Of a DNA stretch of 64,000 nt, positions 1 to 13,425 are shown piece after piece. This stretch comes from Eledone cirrhosa. Lineage: Eukaryota. The stretch spans positions 167,958,001 through 168,022,000 of the forward strand of contig OZ024741.1 of NCBI GenBank assembly GCA_964016885.1. The letters are read 5' to 3'. Made by a program: the position numbers and the translations under genes. The first letter of the stretch is position 1; each line of letters begins with the position of its first letter. Below the pieces are notes generated by a model, which was given only the letters and a program-made list of their open reading frames with translations, did not search any database and had not been told where the DNA came from.

Positions 1-3
1 TAT

Positions 4-46
4 ACGATGTTGACGATAGCTAATAAGCTTGAAACTAGTTCATCGT
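4..46 (+). ncRNA. Minimal type I hammerhead ribozyme-like motif (C3->U variant)
   Basis: acgatg-TTGACGA-tagct(aata)agctt-GAAA-c(ta)g-TT-catcgt: 6-bp stem I, stem II hairpin, palindromic stem III (aactagtt); followed by AT-rich microsatellite. Confidence 0.7.
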
Positions 47-2099
47 TCCTTTGTCAGTGTTGAAAAAAAGGGCAACAATGGTTGCCGAACACTGTACGGC
101 TTAATTCGGGCTGTTTGTTTACAAACAAACCGAACATTATAATAAATGTTCGGTAAACCCATACGTACATATATATATGTGTGCATGTATGTATATATAT
201 ATATACATACTACTGTACGTCTGTACACATATATGTATGTACGTATACATACTTAGATTTATATATATGTATACATATATGTTTTCAACTTGTACAAACA
301 TTATTTAGTGACTTAATTTCCTTAGGGACTTTAGACTGAAGAACTGACCACCAATTGATTTTACATATGTCTTTAACCCATTGATATCAAAAATTATTTG
401 GCCAGCAGCTCCTGTGTATATGTTTCTATTTATTCCCTAGGGAATTGTTTGACCAAATGCTTTGCTTATTTGTTTATTTATTTTAAAAAAATGTTATTCT
501 ATCTCTAAGACATTTTTAAAAAGATATTTTTTGAAAGCAAAGCATTGGCCCCTAAAATACTACAGTGGGCTCCGGCAATGCTCCGTAGGCCCACTAGCCA
601 TTGGGCAACCTGGCCAGTCTGCCACTGTATATGTGTACCCTTAGTGCAATTTTTTCAGTGTGATTCAGAATGACACAGTATGTGACAAGGAAAGCCTTAT
701 GAATTTACAGCTACAACTCATTTTTATCAGACTGGACGAATGTTGAATAAGGTGTATTGCTCAAGGATGGCTTACACTGACAGGAATCGAACTGATGACC
801 TTACAATCATGAGCCAAACACCCTAACCACTAAACCACACACCTTCACAAACAAGGGAATTATGACATTTATGTTAAGCTGGGAACTGTTGTTTTGACCA
901 ATTTTCTGCAGAATCTTCAATTTATGTGACTTGCTCCACTCTTTGATGAGAATATTTTTCAATTCTTAGAAATAATCATGGCGACGAAAGACAATTTGTA
1001 TTGACACAAATGGAAAAGGAGATAAACTTTGCTAAAGGAAATATGAAAATAAGTCTAGTAAATATCTACATTATAATGTGATTGACACGTTTGCGACACA
1101 CAGCTATATAACTAAGAAATAGGCAGAAGTTAAAACAGTCAATCGATGAATGTTTGCCACAGGATATATGATGTACAACTATACCAGTTGCAATTAAGAT
1201 GTACAAAATTTGTAAAACTATCACGACATCTAACTGAAATAGTTTCTGTTGGTGAGTAAAAGAAATATATATTTGACCCTCAAGCAAAATATTGCGTGTA
1301 AACTTATCTGTAAAATTCTAATATGATAATATGATAAATGTAGATATTTTGTAACACCAAAATCAAATGAGAGCAGGTAATATCTCTAGGATTTATTTTG
1401 GCAATTTATACATTGAGTTCAAATCCTGCCAAAGTCAACTATATCTTTCATCCTTCTAAGATCTATATTTACTATTGTATCTCTGCGGTAAACACTTTAT
1501 CTCACATAATATCGAATCTATAAGATTTGGATATCTTTTTGAGAACAATACCTTAAGATCGGTATGAGTGGCCTGTTACAGCCGGTTTGAACAGAAAGAG
1601 GTGAGGGAATTCTGGTTGGATACAGCCAGTTTAAATTAGTTATATTACTAAACCCCTCAGAATTCTTAATTATTAAAAAAATATTTGAAAATCATAGGCA
1701 GTATCTTTCATAAGAAATATGGTAATGAAAGGGTTAAGTCCGGTGTCTTATTAGTGGCGTTGGTTTCAATCCCTGTGTGGCACTTTGGGTCTGTGTCTTC
1801 TACTATAGCATTGCGTCGGCTAATACCTTGTGAGTGGAATTTGGTAGAAATTATATGTGTGTTGTGCATGTGTGCATGTGTGTTTATGTTCTGTAAATTA
1901 GCAGCTTGACAAAAATGGGATTGATTGATAAAATACGTACTGGGGTCAATATAGATCACTTTCTTATGACTGCAAAGAATAAAAGAATATATAAATATAC
2001 AGAAAAAAAGAGCAGCATTGGAAAGGCTATAAATACCATAAATGAGAGGAAAAGGAGGAGGAAGAGCAAGGACTACTAGACAAAGGAAGAAAGAAAGGG

Positions 2100-2890
2100 A
2101 AAAGGAAAGAGGATGACAGACTCTACCCCTAGGTCAGAGCAGTGCTTTGGCTGTGCCTCACTGACAAAATGACATGGGCATTTTCACGAACAATGGCCAT
2201 CCCACCATGTGGGGCTCTTTCCTCAACCGATGTTTTTGATCTGATTTTACAGAGGAGGTCAGCTGTCCAGGGTCCAAGGATGTCTAAGTTCTTGACAGAG
2301 ACAGGTACAAAGAAGACATGACTGGACAAGCTCAGGTATTTGCTTGTCTTCCTTTGCATTGCAAGCTGCAGTAGCAGGATTTGTGGCCGAGATGACTAAG
2401 TTGGGGGCAGAGGATGTGTCACAGCATATTGTATCCCAGATGAGGGATTTATCTCCTTTGAAATGGAAGAGGGTAATTCTGTCAGGTTACTTGCCATCAC
2501 CACGGTTGAAGCCTACTGGCTCTAGTTGTAACAGGAAGCCAGTTGCATCGTGGCTCCTTCTCATTATGTCATTGAGAGTGCCATGATGGGGGAGCCGGCC
2601 TGTGCTCTGGTGACATGTTAATGGGTGCAGCCCGAACTCATTGACGACAGCTCCACAATGGCATTTATGTGGCTCACACATGCGGAGGCGGAGGCATTGG
2701 GCTACTCTGATGTGAGTAAACTCATCATCAAGAAGGGTATCAGTTTATGAAGAGGGCACCAAATTGAGCCATGCACTGCTGTTTGGCTGTGAGGCAGTAC
2801 AAAGGCAGGCAAGGCAGTGTTGGTTGGTCCAAGTCAGACTTGATCCACCTGAAGGTAGACCTGCACTTGATGTCATCTCAGTTATGTTGG
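2100..2890 (-). mobile_element. Degenerate 3' part of a CRE-like non-LTR retrotransposon (zinc knuckle + restriction-like endonuclease)
   Basis: Frameshifted ORF pieces SAWLNLVPS, CHCG..HPLTC..GRLPHHGTLNDI, EPVG..DGK*PD, LIWDTICCDT, FVPVSV..LGPW, AIVRENA. Confidence 0.75.
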
Positions 2891-3709
2891 ACATTTTTAT
2901 ACTGAGAGACAGAGAGATATATAATGGATTTTCACTACTATGTGAGAAAGAAGTTTGTGAAGAAAAGCACATGATATTTGTAATGTTTAATTAAATTAAT
3001 TCAATTGTGGAAATGTGAAAATCCAACTTGAAAGTTTGAAATATAAATGTCCGATAAGAATGAAGCGAGGTTTATAGGAAATGCCTTCTGTAAGAAGAAA
3101 TTATTGAGTGAAGTGGAATAAATTCGTTCAGAATTATTTCAATGTTAAAAGCTTTTCTAAACTTAGTCTTTTTTCTTTTACTAGAAGAGTTGTATAATTA
3201 GGTAGAATATTCTGTAGCTTTAAAGTATATGTCATTGAGTAGCTAAGTTAATATGTTGTATTGGAAACAATGTCTCAGATACTTTATAATTTTAGTGAAA
3301 CTTTAGAGCATTGCATTACATTTTGTTATTGCTATTTATTTCATGTAAAGGTGTGTGACTTAGTGATTAACTCTTAATGTCATGTACCATATGAAACCAC
3401 ATTAGCAAGTGATGTTTCGTGCTTTCCAACAATTGAAAGTACAAAGCATAACTATGACTGCATAACATTAAAATTTGAAGTTTAATACTGAAATTTTTCA
3501 CAAACATCTGTCTCCCATTAAAGATAAGCATTTGAAGTAACGAATCTAATTTTAGATATTTTCTGCTAAATCATTGCAAAGTGTTAAGGGTTTTAAACAC
3601 ATCTATCTACAAAGTCTCTTATATCCCAACACTATTTTGATCTATTTGGAAGCAATGTCTTTGAAAGCACATACCTTATTGGTGGATAGTATAACAGTTC
3701 TGGGAAGGC

Positions 3710-3970
3710 ATATGGCTTAATGGTTAGAGTGTTCAGCTCATTTTCATAAGGGCAGTGGATTGGCAGAATCAGTAGAGTGTCAGACAACATGCCTTGTGGC
3801 ATATAGTTATGTCTCTTTATGTTCTGAGTTCAAATCTCGCTGTGGTTAGCTTTGCCTTCTGTCCTTACTAAGTCAATAAAATAAAGTACCAGTAGTGCAC
3901 TGGGATTGATTTAATCGACTTTCCTCTCCCCACCAAATTGCTGGCATTGTGCCTAAATCAGAAACCATTG
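3710..3970 (+). mobile_element. tRNA-derived SINE pieces with Meta-like central domain
   Basis: A-box and B-box-like motifs plus ctttgccttctgtcct..aataaaataaagtaccag shared with many other copies in the window. Confidence 0.6.
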
Positions 3971-4408
3971 TCATAAGGATGTGAATTTGAATTATAGTTT
4001 TGTAATTTAAATTACATTTTTTTTCAGCTGAGCTGACTCAAATTATGGATACAACACATTCTTTCCACCTAAGTGGACATAAAAAAGATGAAATAAAGAG
4101 ATTACTCAATGACACAATGCACTACTGGGAATTAAACTCACATTCTTGCGATCATGAGCTGAATACTCTAATGACTAAGCTACATGCTTTCACAGAAATA
4201 AACATATACACACATACATAACCTTTTTATTGAACAATTCTTGCACATCATTTATCTCAATTGATCATTTATTAGGGGTGGGTGGTGGGTGGTGGGTGTG
4301 GGGCAATCTCATTAAAAAAAAAGGTATCCACCAGAAAATATGTTGTTAGCAAGATCAAAATCGTTCATTAAGGGGCCACCATAATTAAGTTTGGAAAGTA
4401 AAAATCCT

Positions 4409-4735
4409 TTAACACTTTGGTTACTAAACTGCTTCAAATCACTCCTGGTTCTATGACACAGAACTGTTTATTTTAAATTGTTTATAATTTTCATTATGAG
4501 ATAAAATAATGACAATGATGATGATGATGATCATCATCATCATAATCATTATCACGATATGCATCAATTAACATCCATGTTCCCTTCATCATGAGAATGT
4601 TTGTTAAGTTATGTTCGAAACACTGACCAAGTTAGTTAATTTACTAAATCAATTCTAATATTTCATTATTGTCAGAATTAATTCAAATACATAGGCAGTA
4701 TCTTTCATTAAAAAATATGGTAATGAAAGGGTTAA
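4409..4735. mobile_element. piggyBac-like MITE
   Basis: TTAA on both sides; imperfect TIRs cactttggttac / ggtaatgaaaggg; related right end at ~1640-1737. Confidence 0.55.
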
Positions 4736-5725
4736 TTTTATGGCTGCTGTAGAGAAACAATTTGATTATTGATGCATTCATCATATAGCCATTTATTCTC
4801 CTATGTAAAATAACTCAGAGAAATCTTCTGTTAAGCTTCATTGATGTGTTTATCTGTTTATCTCTCCTGAGGATGTTATTACACATGAAAGCCAAAAACA
4901 TATGATTGCTGTGTTATTTACAAAGTTATTTACAAAAACCTAATTGATTCACATTTTATTCATCATTCCTCACCTCCATTTGCTGCTACTGATATGAGTG
5001 TAAACTGATTTTCACTGATGATTAAGCTAAATTGTTATTGGTAGGTGCATATTGTGCACATGGACATTAATAATTTCAACTATGCAATGCATCTGATTAT
5101 CAAGGTAGGACAATGAACAAATCATGTCTGTTAGGAATAGAATTTACTTCCTAATTTCCCATCATTTATTTTGGTACACTTCTAAGCATATCATCTGTCC
5201 AGTTCTCTCTCTACATTTATTTCTCTTTGTATCTCTGAAAAAAGCTCCCATACATACAATAATCACACCACATACACCAAAAACACACCACACACACAAA
5301 TACAGAGACCATGGGATTGCACTTGGAAAGTTCCTCTCCATAGTGCAAGTCTGAGCAAGGTGTGTATTATTATCAGGGGTGGTGGAACTGGGGGGAGCAC
5401 CACCCCATAGTTATATCTTTTTCCCCAAACGACAAACAAACACATCTATTTGTATATGCATTACAATTTATGTACATGTTATATTTATTGCATGTCAAAG
5501 TTTTTTTATATCTTGGTTGATATCTTATAATAATAGCTAAACTAATCATTACAACTAAATTGACCACATTTGGCCCCCTCCCCAATTCAGAAATGCTTCG
5601 ACCACCCTTGGTTATGGAAGACAAACAGTCACCTATGCATGCCAGTCTCTCTTCTCCACAACATTGATTTTGCTCAAGGCATAAGCCAAAACAGCTTGGC
5701 ACCAGTGATGTCAAAACTCATATAT

Positions 5726-6445
5726 TCTAGGGCGGGTAAAATTCCCAAGATCCATGGACGAGTTCTCTCCAGCGGTCTCTGTCCCTCATTATCGCTGCCA
5801 TGCCCTGCGTCTCCAACAGACCAGTGTCTGTCCCCAGGGCATCAACATACGTTAACCTTGGTCTTCCTCTTCCAGTATGTCCATGTAGGGGCTCCCACAG
5901 GAGCACTGAGTGCAATGTCAACTCTGGATGTCGGTGAGCATGTCCAGCTAACCTCAGTCTCCTCTGTGTCACTTTTGAGTGACTTTTGGGAGGCTCCCAT
6001 ACAGCTTTGACATAGTTTTGGTGACAAATACAGTGAAGGAGGCAGAGGATTTGATGCGATGAGTGTGGGCTGAGAATAAATGAGACTAAAACAAAATATC
6101 TGGTAGAGAATGTTGAGAAGCCAGAGGGGATTACTAATGTAGGTGGGAAGCCGCTAGAATTGGTTGAGAACTTCCTGCATTTGGGAGCAAAGATTGGGAA
6201 TACGGAAGATAGTGGTTGAGAGGAAGAGCAAAGCCTGGGCAGCGTGCCACAGCTTGAGATCGGTGTGGAAGTTGGACCTTCGTAAAGACCTGAAAATCCG
6301 CCTCTTCATTGCTGTAGTGGAGTCTGTGCTGTTGTACGGGTCTGAGACATGGACACTGACCAAGAAACTCACTCAGATGGTGGATGGGTGCTACACGAGA
6401 ATGCTGAGGATGGCTCTGAACATTAATCAGTATACACTGAGGATG
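5726..6445 (-). mobile_element. 5'-inverted, truncated RTE-type LINE insertion
   Basis: C-terminal RRLRLAGH..GRGRP on minus; preceding VESVLLYGSETWTL..RMLR on plus; 13-bp direct repeat aaaactcatatat at 5713-5725 and 6446-6458. Confidence 0.8.
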
Positions 6446-6469
6446 AAAACTCATATATGTACCACATAA

Positions 6470-6812
6470 TTGTGAAGACTTAGTGGTTAGAGCATTGGGC
6501 TTGCAATTGGAATGGTGTGAGTTCGACTCTCGGACCGAGTGATGCATTGTGTCCTTGAACAAGACACTTTATTTCACGTCATTCCAGTATACTCAGCTGT
6601 AGAAATGAGTTGCGACATCACTGGTGTCAAGCTGTATTGGTTATTGCCTTTCCCTTGGATAACATTTGTGGCTTCAAGAGGGAAGGCTTGTAAGCATGCA
6701 CGACTGCTGGTCTTCCACAAACAACCTTGCTTGGACTTGTGCCTAAGACGGAAACTTTCTAGGTGAAAATCCCATGGTCATTTGTAACCGAAGGGGGTTT
6801 CACCCTTTACCA
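6470..6812 (+). mobile_element. tRNA-derived SINE
   Basis: tagtggttagagc A-box, gagttcgactc B-box, gtgtccttgaacaagacact conserved domain. Confidence 0.7.
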
Positions 6813-8150
6813 TATATATAGTATATACATCATGTACACACTATATACACTGTATATGATGTTGTTCAAAGAAAAGGCCAAGTCTGATACAGCTTGGCAC
6901 AAGTGTCATTGCAACTCATTTTTAGCTAGCTGAGTAGACTTGAGCAATGTAAAATAAAGTGTCTTGCATGATACTATATAACATGCTATATACTACACTA
7001 TATAGCATGTTATATATTATACTATATATTTTATTATATAACGTGCTATATAATATGTTATATGCCATGCTAAACATATATTATATACCATGCCGAGGTT
7101 AACTTTGCCTTTCATCCTTACAGGGTCGATAAAATAAAGTACCAGTAATACACTGGGATAATTGCTGGCCTTGTGCCAAAAATAGAAACAATCATATACC
7201 ATGCTACATACTATGCTATATATTTTAATATATACCATGTATTCATTATCATCATCATTTTACGTCCATTTTTCTATGCTAGCATGGTTTGGATGGATCT
7301 TCTCCAGCACAACATCCCTCCTCTCATTATGATCCATTATCACTTCAGTTGTGAGTTTCAGTGATTTAAAATCAACTTTTACCTCCTCTGCCCAGGTTTT
7401 CCTTAACCTCCTTCTACTCTGGTTCCCGTCTATTGGGATTTATTGACACTTCTTCACCCAAAGTTCATCATCCATATGCATCACATGAACATATCAGCAC
7501 AGTCTTCTCTAGTGCACACTAAATCTGATTCCTGTGATAATCAGCCTTCCTCTCAGCTCATCCCTACTTTGTCATTCATGTACATTAGCATTGCACATTC
7601 ATCAGAGCATGTTTGCTTTACTATGCTATATACTATACAATATATTATACTATATATGGTATATATACTATGTCCGCAGTACACTATACTATATAACATT
7701 CAATATGCTAAGCTATATACCAGGGGTTGGTAACCTTTTAGGGTGTGTGGGCCACATAGCTATGCAGTGTCTTGTTGGTGGGCCATAATAAATTTGCTTG
7801 ACCTATGATTGCCCTGTCCAGAAGGCTACCTTAATCCCAGGATTTAAAGAAGAACAATGAATTTTATGAGATATTACTTTAATGACATTCCTTACTACAA
7901 ATAAAATACTGGCAGAAATGCTATATTCTATGCTATATTCTATGCTATATTCTATGCTATATACCATAATATATACTGTGCTATTTACCACGTTACATAG
8001 CATACTAAATACTATGTTATATCCAATGTTATATACCATGCCATATACCATGCCATATACCATATTATCTATGATGGTCTGAGCATGGTGGTGTTTAATT
8101 TTTTTTTTTCCACCCCTGCATTATACCATGCTATATATCATGCTATATAC

Positions 8151-9200
8151 CAGGATTTCCCAGCTTGGATGATATCACCCAACATTGGGAAATTTCAACT
8201 GTTGAGTGGGCAATGAGCAATTGAACAGCAAATGGTGTGCAAGTGGAAATTTTAGTGGATAATAAAGGATTTTGAGTATTAAGGTATTTCAACATATGCT
8301 TCCTGAAAAAAATATTCAAAGAGGATATACAAAGAACCTGCATAAAAAAGTCACAAAAAGAAAGCAAGATACTAAATTGGAGTAACTGGACGACATTCCT
8401 AGATAAAATATAAATATCCACGCAAACAAGGAATATTTTGGTATTTTCTATAATTTTGAGAATGGTCATTAACATTCAAATGATTCTTTGGGTGCAATTA
8501 TATTTTTTTAAAATATAAATCAAATAATGAAAGACTGAGTACAACTTTGCCAATAAAATTAAGAAATGATCGCAGGATAAACTCACCAACACCGCCAGCA
8601 CTGAGAAATTACACATAAAATTAACACAAATGATGATTGAAAGACGAGCTAGATGATGATCTCAAAGAACTCTGATGACATGCCGTAAACAGGAAGCATG
8701 GACAACAATGCCAGGATGGGGCCTGTTCACAGCTCAATGCGCATGTTCATATAAAAAGACTGCGACACTCTTGTGTTCTCGTATTTGTGGATTATTGAAA
8801 ACAAACTTCGAGTAATAATATAACTTATTGGACGTAAATTTTGTTAACTATGGTTCCTATTATTTCCTCTTTGAATTGTACGACTTTTAGACACTCAAAT
8901 GTTTCCACTTAAGAAAATTTGCCGTCTATACAGCATTGGGTTTATTGCTTCTCTTCAGAACAGTCAACCATATTTCAAGCAACAAAGCCATGAAGCCTTC
9001 ATGCTTAAAGTATCATTTACATTCTAAACATGCCAACCAGAAGGAAAAACCTTTGTCATATTTCTTACAACTTATGACTTCATTCGAAAAGCAGAAAATG
9101 TTACATTTGAAAAGCAGAAAAGCAACTATACATCAAGAAAAGTGATGATTACATCATACAACATTGCGTTAGCGGTTGAAAAGGTTGGTAAGTCCCTCAC
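8151..9200 (+). mobile_element. hAT (Charlie/Buster/ZBED8-like) transposon 5' remnant
   Basis: TIR-like caggatttcccagc; transposase N-terminal AMKPSCLKYHLHSKH..KPLSYF. Confidence 0.65.
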
Positions 9201-9324
9201 TATATAGCATAGCAATGTGGCCCGCACACCCCAAGAGGTTGCCATCCCCTGGTATATAGCATAGAATATTGTATAGCATGGTATATTGTATGGTATATAG
9301 CATAATATATAGTATAGTATATAG

Positions 9325-11150
9325 CAGGGCTTCCCAAACGTTTTGCATCATCACCCACTTTTACAAGGTTGAAAGGAAAAGCTAACCTCTGCGGGATTTG
9401 AACTCAAGACGTAAAGGGCCATTACTCTATGCTGCAACGCATGGTGTCTGATGCTCTACCGATACTGCCAATCCATGACAGCTACTGCTGTTGCTACTAT
9501 TGTCATATTAAAGAACTAATGAAAGCAAATATGATTATTTCAAACTGTATGTTATCAAAGGTTATTAGAATGGCATAAGATGTCATTATACTTTGATGAT
9601 ACCACAGGCCATGTTTTCCATTAAGCCGATATCGCATTGTGATATCATTGTCATTTTGTAAATTCATCAATTGTTTCTCCACACTGTCTATGCAATCGAT
9701 TATTTGAACTTCAAACAGGCAATGTGATAATATCCTGTACCATGTTGTCATGCGATGATTGCAAATAATTGCAATAAGTAATGACATCCTCATGAACCAA
9801 TTCATCTTTTAAACCATTCAATCATTGAAATCGATGGAATTGACTTCTTGAAATGTTTATTTTATAGAAGGCAATGATGGACGATTTACAGTCGACAAGT
9901 GATTTTACTTTCCTTACAATAACATGTTGAATATGTTGCTAAGGAAAAAATATCACATTTTGAAGTAATCAGAGAAATGGATTGTGAAATGTATTGAAGA
10001 AAATTTATTTTGTATCCAAATGTGCAACAAAACGAACAACACAGTTGCCTTTTGACTACCATCGTACTTCAGTATGATACAAAGGCCTCACAGAGTCATC
10101 ACTATTATCAAGACAGAGTTGACAGAAAATTCGTTCAGACAATGAATTCGATTTTAGCTTGTTCACTGTTTTAGGAATTAACTGCATTACATCACTAAAG
10201 CCCCCCATTAATATTTTTGACACTAAATGTGAACCACACAATGAACTGTTAGAATAGAATGCAAAAGTTCAAGTTTTAAGAGAGAAAAGAAACCTCTGTA
10301 TCTACTTACCATAGCAGGTGCTCTATCAGATACATAGGCAAAAATATTGTTTAGAGGGATGTTATGTTCATTAAAATATAGCTTCAATAAATCTAAAATA
10401 GTCGTAACTTTTGAGTCAAGTAACAGTTTATCAGTGAACAGCATCACCTCACAAGGCTGAATATTTTTTCAATAAAAAACTAACATATGCTATCTGACTA
10501 TCCACAACTGTTGATTCATCAAGTTGTATGGAAAATTCAGAACTCTTGAGATAATGGATAAGTTGATGTTTGACATTGGTGGCCTTTTCATCTAAAAGTC
10601 AAGAAATTGTGTCATTACTAAGTGAAATTGTTTCATAATGCATAAATAAACCTGCCACAATTATGAAGACAATTTCACTGTCCAAAAACATTGCTATCTC
10701 TTCTCCCAGTGAATATACTCGTTCCAGCATTTTACCGCAGCTGAGCCATCAAATATTTGAAAAATATGTAAAGTAGGCATAGTTGGCTTGAATTTGTTTC
10801 AGAAATTCTTGAAACTGGTGGTGATTTAGTCCTCTTGAGAGTATAAAGTTCACTGTTTTCACAACCACTGCCATGATCTTAGAATTCAATGACTTTGCAC
10901 ACAATACATCTTGTTGGATAATGCAATGACATTGATTAATTTGTGGCAAACACCAATGTGTTCTTGAAGCAATGCAACAAATCCCCTTTTCTTTCCAATC
11001 ATTGCCAGTGCTCCATCACAGATGGAGCACTGGCAATGATTGGAAATGATTCGAATCAAGATTCGTTTCGTTTATCAGTTTTATGATGCTTTCAAAAATA
11101 TCTGCTTCAGTGCTAGTGTCCGTCATAGGAATTAATTGTACAAATTCTTG
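9325..11150 (-). mobile_element. hAT (Buster/SPIN-like) transposase remnants, probably two fused families
   Basis: TIR cagggcttcccaaac at 9325; motifs DRAPAMVS..GF, HCVVH, LYHTEVRW; a second set HCIIQQDVLCAK..VNFILSRGLNHHQF at 10749-10949. Confidence 0.75.
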
Positions 11151-11472
11151 AGAACATATGTAAAAATGAATACAGTTATATGGTAAAATACTATGACATT
11201 TTTAATAAACTGTGCCAAAACCACGATAGCTGGCGGTGTATTTAGATCAGGGTTGTTATTTGTTCGATGAAAAAATTTACTTCTAATAATACTTTTAATA
11301 TAGAAAAATAAATAAACATTGATTATTATCGAATACAGTCACTTACGGGTGTTTTACTCCCAGACAGCAAACTAAAAAATGTTGAGAATGAAATGAAATA
11401 ACTGTATGCCTGACATGCTGATTTGTTTTAGGTAAGTCTGGGTCATTCCACATCCCTGCCATACACATACTA

Positions 11473-11862
11473 TCATCATCATCATCATCATCATCATCAT
11501 TTTACGTCCGCTTTTCTCTGCTTGCAAGGGTGGGACGGGAACTGATTCTGGCTTGATTTCTACAGCTGGATGCCCTTCCTAACACCAACCTCATTTACAG
11601 TGAGTGCTGGGTGCTTTTTTTTCTGTGGCGCCTGCACGTCCACTTTACAGTGTGGGCTGGGTGCTTCTTTGCCGTGGCACCTCCACGACCACTTTCAGTG
11701 GAATGATAGGGACCCCAGTCCTATCATCTCATTTCTACAGCTGAGTAAATTGGAGCAATGTGAAATAAAGTATCTTGCTCAAGGAAACAACACATCACCC
11801 GGTCTGAGAATTGAACTCACAACCTTTTGATTGCAAGGCCAATGCTCTAACCACTAAGCCAT
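11473..11862 (-). mobile_element. Young tRNA-head SINE with RTE-derived 3' tail
   Basis: Near-identical to copies at 14387, 33506 and 50317; Pol III boxes; tail shares ggtgttaggaagggcatccagc and (GAT)n with the RTE LINE. Confidence 0.8.
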
Positions 11863-12525
11863 AGTATATATATATACATGAATACACACACAGTCACCTT
11901 AACCTCAATATCTGACTATTCTATCTCTCTGAGTTTGATTGTTTGTTACTGTCAAGCAAAAACATTACATTCAGCTAAATCTTGTGGTTAGACGTGTTCT
12001 ACAGTCGGTATTCTAATCTAAAATAACTCAAAGCACTTTTTCAGGGATTGCTTAGGCTAAGATTGAAACCTGCTGGCGAGCCGGACAAAAATCCTTCACA
12101 GGCCGGGGTTTGCTGACCCCTGCTATATACCATACAATATATTATGCTATATTCTATGCTATATACCATGTTATATATCATGCTAAATACTATGCTATAT
12201 ACAATGTTATATACTATGCCATAAACCATATTATCTACTATGCTATATACTATATAATAACATGATCTGAACATGGTGATATTCAATTTTTTTTTTTTTT
12301 TTTTTTGAAAAATAGAAGTGAGGCCAAAAATGTTGAGAAGATCTGCTATAAAAAAGTCAGTAATATAAACATTACTGAAGATATAGGATGGATGTATGAT
12401 CAATTGAAATTAATGAAAGGATGCCAGAGTAGTTAGTCATTAAAATTAAAGTAAAATATCGGATTAAAAAACACATACAAATATACATACATACATTCAA
12501 AATATACATACGTACATACATATAC

Positions 12526-12820
12526 ATCCTCATCATCATCATTTAATGTCTATCTTCCACGCTAGCATGGGTTAGACAGTTTTGTTCCATTTGATGCGGG
12601 AATGGTTGGGAGACTGTGTCTCACTCATATGGAAGTGTCTCTGGCAGGTTTTCTATCACTGGATACCCTTCCTAACACCAACCACCTTTACAGTGTGGAC
12701 TGGGAGCCTTTTTACCATGTCTCTTACATGACCACCTTGCAGTGTGGACTGTGTGCATTTTGTTGTGTCATCGACACAGTGGACGGCAATGGGAGGATGG
12801 GATAGGGTGTGTGGGGTGGG
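12526..12820 (-). mobile_element. RTE LINE 3' UTR fragment
   Basis: Reverse complement of the 3' end of the RTE at ~30600-30866; (CAT)n tail. Confidence 0.75.
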
Positions 12821-12974
12821 TACATATTATTTCTAGTTTTGATTTCAAAGTATGTGATGTTTGATATCTGTTACCTTATATTGTACATGTTCATATCAAC
12901 AAAGAAATTAAATGAAAAAGAATATAATAAGCTTTTTAATTCTTAACATCATGTAATGATTTAGCTGGAAATGG

Positions 12975-13425
12975 GTTTGTTAATTCAAATGTTTATAGTG
13001 TATTTTCTAGTGGACAGATGAAAGTTTATTGTATTAGAGTGAAGACTTTAATTTTGAAAGAAATGCAATCATAATGCTGTTTGTTCTTTTTAAGAATGTG
13101 ATACTAATGTGGTTTCCTGTTGTTTGTTAATTCAAATGTTTATAGAGTATCTACGGTTGAACAGATTGTGAAAATTCCCAGTAATAAAGTCAAGATTTTA
13201 ATATTTGATGCCATGAACTCATACTTTTGTTTTGCACCTTTCAAGAATGTCTTGTTTATGTGGTTTCATATTTTTTGTTAATTCACATGTTTGTAGTGTA
13301 TTTACTTGTTGACAGATGGCTGTGAAAATTTACTGTATTAAAGATAAGACTTCAATTGTTAATGTGATGCAGTTATATTGCTAAGTTATACTTTTCAAAA
13401 ATGTCCTGCTCATGGAATTTCATGT
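12975..13425. repeat. Three diverged tandem units of ~146-151 bp
   Basis: ttgttaattca(a/c)atgttt(a/g)tag recurs at ~12978, 13124 and 13275. Confidence 0.7.

Larger units (their letters stand above)
6810..12270. repeat. Patches of a degenerate ~11-bp minisatellite (ATGCTATATAC-like) interleaved with hAT remnants
   Basis: Repeated atgctatatac/tatgctatattc units at ~6960-7090, 7620-7720, 7918-8070, 9252-9324 and 12123-12255. Confidence 0.7.

Noticed and set aside
8936-11150. Domesticated ZBED/GTF2IRD2-type host gene
   Set aside because: Fragmented on both strands with stops, frameshifts and TIRs; a transposon fossil.
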